This document shows, in pieces, positions 56,089 through 64,000 of a stretch of DNA of 64,000 nt. A program made the translations under genes and the position numbers. Source of the DNA: a virus. The notes beneath the pieces are model-generated. The model was not told the origin of the DNA, made no database searches, and saw only the letters and a program-made list of their open reading frames with translations. How positions within the stretch are numbered: position 1 is the first letter of the stretch; every line of letters starts with the position of its first letter. Where the stretch lies: positions 1 to 64,000 of IMG/VR virus record IMGVR_UViG_3300021437_000011, one strand, 5' to 3'.

Positions 56089-58184
56089 TGGCGGGAGAGC
56101 AAGCACAATTCGGCGCTCCCGCTGCTCCGGGAGCCACTGCTTTCTCTGAATGGGCGAAGGCTGGCGGGAAAGCTCCCGCCAGCGAATGGGACAAGTTTGG
56201 CCCCGCCGTCGCTCAGGCGCCCGCCAGCGAATGGGACCAATTTGGCCCCGCCGTCTCCCCAGAGACGGGAAAACCAAAAACATGGGGCGAATACGCCAAG
56301 GGCGTTGGCAGGTCGGCGGAGCAAGGGCTAACCTTTGGCTTCGGCGATGAGATTAACGCCAATGCCCGCCACTACATCACCGGCGAGGACTACGACCAGG
56401 CGCTGGCTGATGAGCGGAGCAAACTCGCTCAGTTCAGAATATCGAACCCTTATTCAGCATACGGGGCCGAGATCGGCGCGGGCATGGTCCTCCCCATGGG
56501 GGCGGCCGGAGGCGCAATGCGCGCCGGCGCAACTCTTGGGACTGCGGCCAAGGCTGGCGCCCTCACCGGAATGGGCCAAGGCGCTGCGTATGGCTTTGGC
56601 GCTGCTGAGGGGGGCGTTTTGCCCCGCGTCGCCGGTGCGGTTGAGGGCGGCGCGATTGGAGGCGCGGTAGGCGCGGCGGCTCCTGTCGTCGGCGCGGCTA
56701 TTGGCGCTGGGGCGGGGGCTCTCGGCCGCGCTGCTGGGACGATTCTTAGCCCGACCGCCACCGCGGAGCGCTCTGCGGCCGAAGATATAGCCCATATGAT
56801 CCAGCAAAGCGGCCTCGACCCGGCTGAGATAGCTGCGAATATGCGTCAGGGGCGTACTGGCTCGGCTGTTCCATTCAATGTGATTGACGCAGCGACCCAA
56901 ACCGCTCGTGAAGCTGGTCGGCCTGGCGCTGACGTCGGACTTATCAATGCGGCGCGAAACGCCGCAGGGACTGGCGGCCCTGCAGAGGCGATGGCCAGAG
57001 AGGCCCTCGAAACGCGCTTAGTAGACCAGCCCGCGCGTCTGCAGGATCTTTTCTCTCGCGTAACAGGAGGACGCGATCTCGAAAGCGAGATGACGCGGCT
57101 TGATGCGGAAATCAATCAGAATGCTGGGACACGGTATCAGCAAGCATACGCGAACGCGCGCGATTTCGACATTACGGCGGAAATGGGGCAATTTCTCGCG
57201 GGCAATGGCGAGATTCTCAAGACAAACTCCGGTCTTGGCGCTTCCGCACGCCAAGCCATCAGAATGTTTCTGGAGCGGCCAGACGCCATGGGCCGGGTTC
57301 GGCCCATCAGGACCGTCCCTGAATACATGGCCGTAAGGCGGTCTCTAGACGACATGATAGCCAAATCCATGGGCGCCAACGGCAGAGCCACTCCAGAGAC
57401 ACGGCTGCTGATGGACCTGCGTTCATCGATGAACGCGCCGAATGGCCCCGTAATGTCGGCTAATCCGCAGCTTGCGGCGGCGGACGCCATCTTTTCTGGC
57501 GCCAGGAGCGCTCAGGATGTGATGGCCCTTGGCGCTGGCGCGGTGATGAAGGCTGGAGAGGAGCAACGCAGAGCTCTGACCCAGTTCGGCAGAATGACGC
57601 CTCCGCAGCAAGAGGCGTATCGCATTGGCGTCATGCAGAAGTTTGACGACATGGTCACCTCGCAACGGTATCAGTCAACCATGCCAGCGAAGCAGTTTAA
57701 CACCGAAGCGACTGAGAATTTTATTCGACGCGTATTCCCCCAAAACCAAGCAGATAGGCTTTGGGGGGAAATCCAGCGCGAAAATATTGGAACGCGGACA
57801 TTTGAAGGCGTTTTTAGCGGATCGCGTACAGCTCCAATGTTGTACCAGACCGAATACCGGGAATTGGCCCCAAGGATCGCTGGCAAGCTCGCATCCCTTG
57901 ATATCCCCGGAACGATAAAAGCTATTGGAGACCTCGCCACCAAAAATTACGGCGCGCAGAGGTCGCAAGAGCTGGTGCGCCAGCTTACCAGCATTGATCC
58001 CGCCGTCGCTCGCAATGCAGCCCGGACCATCGCGCAGATACCAGCCCGGACAGCAGCGGAAGAGGCAACTCGCCGTCGCGTTCGCTCCGCCCTGATCGGC
58101 GCCGCCCCAAAGATCGCAACGGAACAGCCTGCGTCCAGCAATGATCGCCAATACCAGATTAACGCCTTGAGGGGGCTAAGGTAA
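56088..58184 (+). CDS. ejection / DNA-transfer protein
   Basis: N-terminal WD(K/Q)F repeats, QGLTFGF.DE, Gly/Ala-rich helices, GSRTA. Confidence 0.75.
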   Translation: MAGEQAQFGAPAAPGATAFSEWAKAGGKAPASEWDKFGPAVAQAPASEWDQFGPAVSPETGKPKTWGEYAKGVGRSAEQGLTFGFGDEINANARHYITGEDYDQALADERSKLAQFRISNPYSAYGAEIGAGMVLPMGAAGGAMRAGATLGTAAKAGALTGMGQGAAYGFGAAEGGVLPRVAGAVEGGAIGGAVGAAAPVVGAAIGAGAGALGRAAGTILSPTATAERSAAEDIAHMIQQSGLDPAEIAANMRQGRTGSAVPFNVIDAATQTAREAGRPGADVGLINAARNAAGTGGPAEAMAREALETRLVDQPARLQDLFSRVTGGRDLESEMTRLDAEINQNAGTRYQQAYANARDFDITAEMGQFLAGNGEILKTNSGLGASARQAIRMFLERPDAMGRVRPIRTVPEYMAVRRSLDDMIAKSMGANGRATPETRLLMDLRSSMNAPNGPVMSANPQLAAADAIFSGARSAQDVMALGAGAVMKAGEEQRRALTQFGRMTPPQQEAYRIGVMQKFDDMVTSQRYQSTMPAKQFNTEATENFIRRVFPQNQADRLWGEIQRENIGTRTFEGVFSGSRTAPMLYQTEYRELAPRIAGKLASLDIPGTIKAIGDLATKNYGAQRSQELVRQLTSIDPAVARNAARTIAQIPARTAAEEATRRRVRSALIGAAPKIATEQPASSNDRQYQINALRGLR
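56175..56255 (+). repeat. coding direct repeat, 45-nt period (PASEWD(K/Q)FGPAV x2)
   Basis: CCCGCCAGCGAATGGGAC...TTTGGCCCCGCCGTC twice. Confidence 0.8.
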
Positions 58185-58960
58185 TGCCACGCAATTCCAC
58201 AGGGGCTTACAGTCTGCCGATTGGGGCGTTTTCGCCTGGGGGCCTGATCAAGGCGACGGATCATAATAGCAATTACAGCGACATCGCCACGGCGCTCACT
58301 CAATCCCTGGCGACGACTGGCGTTTCTCTAATGACTGGGCCATTCAAGGCCGCATCGGGCGTCGTTACCGCGCCATCGATCACATTCAGCTCGTCTCCAA
58401 CCACAGGATTTTACCTCGCGGGGGCCAATCAGATCGGCTGGGCGGCCTCGGGGGTGCAGGCTGGCTGGTTCAATTCGGATGGGACCGTTGGTTTCGCTGG
58501 GAACGTCACTTTTAGCTCAAACGTCATCGTCACTGGAAGCATAACGACCGGAGGCGCGACCGTGACGGCGTTTGCGTCTGGAACGAGGACCTTCTTCGCC
58601 CAAGCGGCGGCTCCGGCTACGTGGACGCAAATTGTCGCCTACAACGATTACGCCCTGCGGCTCATATCCGGAGCAGGAGGGGGGACGCACGGCACGAAAG
58701 GGTTCTCATCGATTTTCAACGTATCGATCACAAACCTAGCGTCTCACAATCACACCCTTACCGATCCCGGTCATACCCACACTTACGACCATGGCAATAT
58801 CGGGACAAGCGGCGGTTCGGGCGGCACTGATTGGTATAGCGTCTATACGGCGTCCACAGGGGCGACGGCGACGGGAATATCTCTCGCGGCCGCTGGCGGT
58901 GGAGCGTGGATATCATTCGACGTGCTTTATCTGGATATCATCCTTTGCCAGAAGAATTGA
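58184..58960 (+). CDS. tail fibre protein
   Basis: MPRN..G.Y.LP, DIATALT.S, APSITF, H.H repeats. Confidence 0.75.
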   Translation: MPRNSTGAYSLPIGAFSPGGLIKATDHNSNYSDIATALTQSLATTGVSLMTGPFKAASGVVTAPSITFSSSPTTGFYLAGANQIGWAASGVQAGWFNSDGTVGFAGNVTFSSNVIVTGSITTGGATVTAFASGTRTFFAQAAAPATWTQIVAYNDYALRLISGAGGGTHGTKGFSSIFNVSITNLASHNHTLTDPGHTHTYDHGNIGTSGGSGGTDWYSVYTASTGATATGISLAAAGGGAWISFDVLYLDIILCQKN

Positions 58961-58963
58961 TCA

Positions 58964-59320
58964 ATGACAAGAAAAATACCGCGCGGCGACGAAAACCTTA
59001 TCTGCCGCTATCATAAGCTTCCGATGTCGGAAGTATGCCATACATGCGATTCCTGGACGCATCTGCAAGGCCGCAACCCCAATACTGGGGAAATCATTGA
59101 TGACTGGAAATGCGCGGACTCGTGGATTCCTGTCCTACTCCTTGAGATCGCGCAGAAGGCGCACGGGGTGAGCGCCGAGATTGGAAGCCTCCGCGGCGAG
59201 ATGGGCAAAGCCCACGAGGAGGCTATGAGCGCGGCGCGTGGCGTGGCGGTGATGACCGCGCTCCCCATGAGGGGCGCTCCGCGACTGCTTGAAACGAAAA
59301 ACAGCTCCGAGGGCGACTGA
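58964..59320 (+). CDS. tail-fibre-associated hypothetical protein
   Basis: C..W..L.G.NP.TG...D.W.CA..W.P.LL.E. Confidence 0.6.
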   Translation: MTRKIPRGDENLICRYHKLPMSEVCHTCDSWTHLQGRNPNTGEIIDDWKCADSWIPVLLLEIAQKAHGVSAEIGSLRGEMGKAHEEAMSAARGVAVMTALPMRGAPRLLETKNSSEGD

Positions 59321-60456
59321 TGCCGTTTACTGGCAATACGTATACAGGCCCAGCCGGGTCAACCAACGCCACAGCCGGACAGGTTGTCCAGAGCGCGATT
59401 TGGAACGCCATCCATGGCGATCTGGCTACCGCCCTTACCACTTTGATGACGCAGGCGAATACAAATGCGCCAGGATTCCAAAACGTCATGGCTCCGAATG
59501 GCAGCTTCCTGATCTGGCAGCGAGGGCTATCGATCGCCGTCCCAGCGTCAACGATAGCCTATACGGCCGATCGATGGTATCTGGCGACGGGGGCCACCGA
59601 GGCCAGCATTGTCGCCGCTGTTGCAGATCTTTCCGCAGGAGCGACGCCAAACTGCGCCGCCAAGGTTACGCGCAACTCCGGGCAGACCGGAACGGCGGTG
59701 GTGTCGTTTGGCTATCCATTTGACACTGATGAGATTTATAGGATGAGAGGGAGCCTGCTGTCGTTTAGCTGCGCGGTAAAATCTGGCGCCAACTGGTCTC
59801 CAGCCTCCGGGACGCTAACCGTCACGGTAGCATTCGGAACCGGGAGCGTGGGAAAGCGGGTGAACGGCTTTACTGCTGAAACCGTTGTCCTCACGATACC
59901 GACCAACCTCGCGGTAAGCAGCCCTAGAACAGTCATATCAGGAACAAGCACTGTAATAGTTCCTGTAAATTCTGGTCAGGGAGAAGTTCAGTTTACGTGG
60001 ACTCCATCAGGCACCGCTGGCGCTGACGACAGCATCTCAATAGATGAGTGTTGCTTGGTTACTGGATCTCTTATCCAAAGCTTCACTGATATACCATTCC
60101 AGACCAGTCTTGATATGTGCAAAAGGCACTATCAGAAAACGTTCCCCTACGCCACTGCTCCGGCGCAAAACGCGGGAACCCAGGGCGCGTTGAGTCTGAT
60201 CTCCGCGACATCAAAAGTCGGCCTGTTCTGGAAATTTGCGGACGAGATGCGCGCTGCGCCGTGGGCTATCACCACCTATTCGCCAGGCGGGGCCACGGCG
60301 AACTGGTATGACCTCACGGGAGGCGTCAGTCTCGTCACTGTTGTCGATGTGACCAACAGCGGCAGCACTATGGGGATTATGCTCTACAGCGCGGCGACTG
60401 CAGCCGCGGCTGACCACCTCATTTATCTTCACGCCGACGCCAACGCCTCAATTTGA
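59320..60456 (+). CDS. second tail fibre / carbohydrate-binding protein
   Basis: N-terminal anchor DLATALT; NG.F.IWQRG, YTADRW, C.R.YQK. Confidence 0.75.
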   Translation: MPFTGNTYTGPAGSTNATAGQVVQSAIWNAIHGDLATALTTLMTQANTNAPGFQNVMAPNGSFLIWQRGLSIAVPASTIAYTADRWYLATGATEASIVAAVADLSAGATPNCAAKVTRNSGQTGTAVVSFGYPFDTDEIYRMRGSLLSFSCAVKSGANWSPASGTLTVTVAFGTGSVGKRVNGFTAETVVLTIPTNLAVSSPRTVISGTSTVIVPVNSGQGEVQFTWTPSGTAGADDSISIDECCLVTGSLIQSFTDIPFQTSLDMCKRHYQKTFPYATAPAQNAGTQGALSLISATSKVGLFWKFADEMRAAPWAITTYSPGGATANWYDLTGGVSLVTVVDVTNSGSTMGIMLYSAATAAAADHLIYLHADANASI

Positions 60457-60876
60457 TGGAGGCGTCCACTTGTATGTGTTCTGAATGTGCGTGAAATTAA
60501 GCATCTCGAACATGCCAATCGATGGGTAGTTTCGCGGGTTGATGTTGGCGAAGAGAGGCGCGTTCGACCTCTGCTGGAGCCTGACGACGGCTCGTGGCCC
60601 GCGCCCCTTTCCACGATATCGCCGAAGCAGGAAGAGCCCAACTTCATTCGCCTTGGAAAGGTACATGGCTCCGACGCGCACGCCGTCGTCAACGAGCAAC
60701 CACCAGTCCTTGTATGGGCGTCCCAAAACAAAATCAACGTGTGTGGGACGGCCTGGCATTGAAATGTGGCTGATATTGGTGGTCTCGTCTCTCTCAGCGA
60801 GCAGATCGTAGAGAAAATCAAGCGTCTCTGAGGGGGGCTCCCCCTCTTGCGGGTAGATGCTCACCAATTCGATCAC
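60448..60876 (-). CDS. GNAT N-acetyltransferase (PseH-like position)
   Basis: EVGLFL...YRGKG.G, ANINP.N..S..MF; GTGA overlap. Confidence 0.78.
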   Translation of the reverse strand: MIELVSIYPQEGEPPSETLDFLYDLLAERDETTNISHISMPGRPTHVDFVLGRPYKDWWLLVDDGVRVGAMYLSKANEVGLFLLRRYRGKGRGPRAVVRLQQRSNAPLFANINPRNYPSIGMFEMLNFTHIQNTYKWTPPSN

Positions 60877-61490
60877 GGCTGCTTCTCCAGAAGATGCCAA
60901 GTCACGTTATCGAGCCCAGTGGCGGGCTTCCACTCAAAGCCATAGGCGATGCATCTGAGGTCCGGGAATCGCTCCAGATAGAGCGAGCCGTAGTCGGCCT
61001 TCCATAGCGCGCCAGCGCGCCCTCGATATTCGACCGCCGTCACCTCCGGGCTGAAATATTCGATGGCGGCGATCCAGTGACTGGAAACCCGGTGAATCTC
61101 GTCCATGGCCGCCCCAAGCTTCGCAGGGGGGATATGAATCAGGACTCCTGAAGTGAAGACAAAATCATTCGAGGCGTCCTGAAGCGGAATTTGGCCAGCG
61201 CAGCCGCTCAGGACCTCCGCCCCGATATTGGTTTTCATGTACTCCCTAGCGCGCTGGTTGGGCTCGATGGCGGTCAACGCCACGGTGGGGCCAACCATAT
61301 ATCTGAGCGCTTTCAGGTTGGCTCCACATCCCGCGCCAATCTCAACCGCCGATCTGATCTTTTCTTTCATCGCTCCAACGATTTTGAGAAGGAGTCGGCG
61401 GCGAGCCTCAATATTTTCGAACGAAGAGCAGTTCCTCTCGGTATAGTCATCGCCAAACTGACCTTCCCACAGCTTAAGATTATCATCCAT
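60873..61490 (-). CDS. pseudaminic-acid-biosynthesis-associated SAM methyltransferase
   Basis: W.G.FG..Y..RN, EIGAG.G.NL, FTSGVLIHI.P, EY..P....V.YRG, DN.TW.LLEK. Confidence 0.85.
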   Translation of the reverse strand: MDDNLKLWEGQFGDDYTERNCSSFENIEARRRLLLKIVGAMKEKIRSAVEIGAGCGANLKALRYMVGPTVALTAIEPNQRAREYMKTNIGAEVLSGCAGQIPLQDASNDFVFTSGVLIHIPPAKLGAAMDEIHRVSSHWIAAIEYFSPEVTAVEYRGRAGALWKADYGSLYLERFPDLRCIAYGFEWKPATGLDNVTWHLLEKQP

Positions 61491-62121
61491 TCGACGACCT
61501 CAATATATCTTCAAGTCTCTTTATGTCTTCGGGGAAGTCTACACAGTAGTTAATGTCGGAAACATTGACCTTAGCCGCCAGTGTCCCTATGTCAAGGCGT
61601 TTATTATTTTGCATCCAGGGAGTTACGTGCTCCCTATCGTACGGATCAGATGCCTCTCCGCTTGCCGCCTCCAGGCAACCCATGGTAAAGCATTCGCAAT
61701 CGAACCCTTTTGGAAATGTCCTGGTGGGATGCACGTTCGATGCGTAGTCAAGATCCTCTTTTTTAAGCATCTCAAGCACGAGTTCGCATAACGCAGGATC
61801 AATGAACGGACAGTCCGCTGTCAAGCGCATGATGATATCGGCTTTGACATCCTTGGCCGCCTCTTGATAGCGGCCGAGGACGTCATCCTCATCTCCAGCG
61901 AAAGCAAGAACGCGCATCTCTCGGCATAGGTTCAGGATGGGCAAGGACGCCTCATCCTCTGGGAACGCGCACACCACTTTATCAATCCCAGAAATAAGTT
62001 TGGCCCTCGTTAGGACATGCTCCAGAACAGGCTTCCCGTCGAGAAGCGCCATGGTTTTTCCTGGAAATCTTCTTGAAGTCATCCTCGCTTGTATAATGCA
62101 CGCGCTTACAATTCCGGTCAT
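61483..62121 (-). CDS. SpsF-type acylneuraminate cytidylyltransferase
   Basis: IIQARM.S.RFPGK, G.E.DVL.RY, RLTADCP.IDP, P.G.D.E, REHVTP, VD..ED. Confidence 0.88.
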   Translation of the reverse strand: MTGIVSACIIQARMTSRRFPGKTMALLDGKPVLEHVLTRAKLISGIDKVVCAFPEDEASLPILNLCREMRVLAFAGDEDDVLGRYQEAAKDVKADIIMRLTADCPFIDPALCELVLEMLKKEDLDYASNVHPTRTFPKGFDCECFTMGCLEAASGEASDPYDREHVTPWMQNNKRLDIGTLAAKVNVSDINYCVDFPEDIKRLEDILRSSNG

Positions 62122-62864
62122 CCTGCCAGCCTTGTGTTAATCCCATGGTCATGGAGATAGCGCCGCGCCCCCTGCGGCGTCATCTCGGCAAAAAGAAACC
62201 CCGCGCCAACGGCCACCGCGTCGGCGCCAACTTCGAACGCCTCAAGGAGATGAGCGTAATTCCCAGCGCCGCCAGCCGCGATAACGGGAACGCTGACGGC
62301 GGTCGAAACCTTTTGGATCAAATCACGATCAAATCCCGCCTCGCCGCCATCATGGGGAATGCTGGTTAAAATGATCTCTCCAACGCCATCTTCAACAGCG
62401 GCGCGCGCCATACATTCTGGACGTATATTATTGATTTTATTGCCACATTCCGTAATAACGCGATCATGGGCGACATCGATCGCGGCGACTATGGCCTGGG
62501 CGCCAAAGCGCTCAGACGCCGCGCGGATCAAAACACGATCAAATAATGCGGAACCGAGCACAACCTTATCCGCGCCGGCGCGAAGGAGCTCGCGGATATG
62601 CTCCAACGTCGAAACCCCGCCTCCGATCGCTACGGGCATGAAGCATTCAGCAGTGAACTCCCTCAGCTCGGCGAAGCGCGGCTCGCGGGCCTCTGGCGTC
62701 GCCGCGACATCGAGAATGACCAGCTCATCGATCTGACGCCGGTCACACACCCGGATAGCCTGCATAAGGGAGCCAACATGGCGCCGGTTGTGGAACTGCT
62801 TTCCCTTCACCAAGGATTTGCCATCCCACAAAAGCGTGGTGATAACCCGCCTCTTGATCATCAC
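62118..62864 (-). CDS. HisF-like cyclase of acetamidino-sugar modification (WbuZ/AglZ type)
   Basis: LVKG.QF, DEL.ILD, ECFMP..IGGG, GADKV, GEI.LTSI..DG; adjacent to the amidotransferase. Confidence 0.85.
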   Translation of the reverse strand: MMIKRRVITTLLWDGKSLVKGKQFHNRRHVGSLMQAIRVCDRRQIDELVILDVAATPEAREPRFAELREFTAECFMPVAIGGGVSTLEHIRELLRAGADKVVLGSALFDRVLIRAASERFGAQAIVAAIDVAHDRVITECGNKINNIRPECMARAAVEDGVGEIILTSIPHDGGEAGFDRDLIQKVSTAVSVPVIAAGGAGNYAHLLEAFEVGADAVAVGAGFLFAEMTPQGARRYLHDHGINTRLAG

Positions 62865-63982
62865 GCGACCTCAAAAAGCGGCGTAGGACGCGGCGCGCTC
62901 AGGGACAAACTGAAGATCTGCTTGTTCGTGAATCGATCGGCCACATTCACAAAATCATTGAGATTCAGGCCGAGGGGGCCGACGATTTCATGGAGCGGCT
63001 TTCCCAAGTAGGTCCAAGGGAACGCCCCGTCACGCTCCCTGACCAAGGCGACGGCTTCACTGCGTGCGAGTCTCCCGCGGCGGATATGGTTGCAGGCTAT
63101 GTCGGTGGCGCGGCCGTAACCGTATTTCACCCACCGTAGATAATCACGGCCGCCAGTGCAATAATTATCAAGATTCTCATAACCATAAAGGCTGCCTTCG
63201 ATGTGACCGTCAATGTATTCAAATCCGCTTTGCTCTGCTATAACAAAGTTCTCATACCCATCCCATGGGAAATATCTCCCAAGCCATACGGATTGTATGC
63301 CTTTTTCCGAAAGAATGTCGCTAGACGGGAACCTATACATAGCCATGTCATCGCATGACAGCCCTAAAATTTCCTGAACATCATCAACGCGCAGACCCAA
63401 AAGCCCAGCAAATTCCTCAATATAGCGACGCGTCATGCGTGGCGTATCTTCGGAGCCAGCGGGGCCTGCTCCGTATTCGTCCTGAGATAGCTCGCCAAAG
63501 ACGATTGTTGGGATATTCCACTTCACGGCTGCCTGGAAGGGAATGGTGTGGATTAGCACATGCTCCGGCCACGACCAGTCGCCCACCTCAGTCAGAGCCA
63601 AGCGCATGATCCGATGGCGGACCTCATCATTGGGGTGAAATTCGACGAGATCGCACATCCGGCCGATATTGTCCAGATTGCGTCGCCCGATTGGCGTCAA
63701 CATGTCAGTCCGCGCGTTGACGGCGAGGACCCGGAAACCAAGATCCTTGCATTTCACAACCTGCGCCGTGCTATCCTTTCCGCCGCTGACGGGGACAATC
63801 ACGAGGGGCTCCCCCTTATGCCGCCAGCTCAGCTCCACCGTCTTCGCGAATTCCACGGCCCTGGCGGCCCAGTCGACGGCTTGGCGGCGGTCATAATTCT
63901 GGCAGGCGGAACACAGGCCATCTTCATCAAAGCGAAGGTCTGGTTTCAGTTCGGGGTAAACGCAGCGTATGCAGTATCTCAT
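62861..63982 (-). CDS. N-acetyl sugar amidotransferase (WbuX/PseA/PtmG family)
   Basis: C.RC..P...P...FD..G.C.AC, PP-loop VSGGKDS, W.G..N, K.GYGRATD....IR.G. Confidence 0.9.
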   Translation of the reverse strand: MRYCIRCVYPELKPDLRFDEDGLCSACQNYDRRQAVDWAARAVEFAKTVELSWRHKGEPLVIVPVSGGKDSTAQVVKCKDLGFRVLAVNARTDMLTPIGRRNLDNIGRMCDLVEFHPNDEVRHRIMRLALTEVGDWSWPEHVLIHTIPFQAAVKWNIPTIVFGELSQDEYGAGPAGSEDTPRMTRRYIEEFAGLLGLRVDDVQEILGLSCDDMAMYRFPSSDILSEKGIQSVWLGRYFPWDGYENFVIAEQSGFEYIDGHIEGSLYGYENLDNYCTGGRDYLRWVKYGYGRATDIACNHIRRGRLARSEAVALVRERDGAFPWTYLGKPLHEIVGPLGLNLNDFVNVADRFTNKQIFSLSLSAPRPTPLFEVA

Positions 63983-64000
63983 AAAATTTACCCCTTATTC

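Noticed and set aside
58184-60456. Diversity-generating retroelement or invertible tail-fibre cassette
   Set aside because: No RT, no TR/VR pair seen, no invertase
60429-60821. 130-aa ORF as the GNAT gene
   Set aside because: The GNAT motifs are in the other frame (60448-60876)
62118-62864. Histidine biosynthesis hisF
   Set aside because: Context is a sugar amidotransferase and cytidylyltransferase; no other his genes

Overview
The whole window reads as most of a temperate, podovirus-type (short-tailed) phage of an alphaproteobacterial host. Host clues are a GcrA homologue, an alphaproteobacterial-style Cro, and an initiator tRNA with a TCAGG/CCTGA anticodon stem. Layout: early/accessory small ORFs with palindromic sigma70 promoters (1-5.9 kb); a detached beta-helix tailspike (6-8.3 kb); an accessory module (8.9-17.4 kb); replication genes and a CI/Cro switch (18-24 kb); a tRNA-like ncRNA, Sak4-like ATPase, HNH and tRNAs (25-27.6 kb); lysis (27.7-29.2 kb); packaging, head, tail and ejection genes (29.4-60.4 kb); and a leftward nonulosonic-acid modification operon whose upstream part may lie beyond the right edge (60.4-64 kb). 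Three things stand out. (1) The 8.9-17.4 kb module encodes an FtsK/SpoIIIE-type ATPase, two paralogous 4-TM/coiled-coil/HTH proteins, a putative membrane-anchored wHTH protein and a SprT-vWA protein. Its two convergent operons share a 12-bp operator, and one HTH gene contains about 39 copies of TGTCA/TGACA in about 420 bp. This is a candidate membrane-tethered DNA segregation or transfer system reminiscent of Streptomyces TraB/clt/SpdB. (2) Two Maf/DUF115-like genes lie in the head module, and the same phage carries CMP-nonulosonate activation, acetamidino, methyl and acetyl enzymes, suggesting virion glycosylation. (3) A 225-nt tRNA-like RNA has an insert of about 150 nt. All family calls come from motif recognition by eye; no searches were run and counts are by hand.
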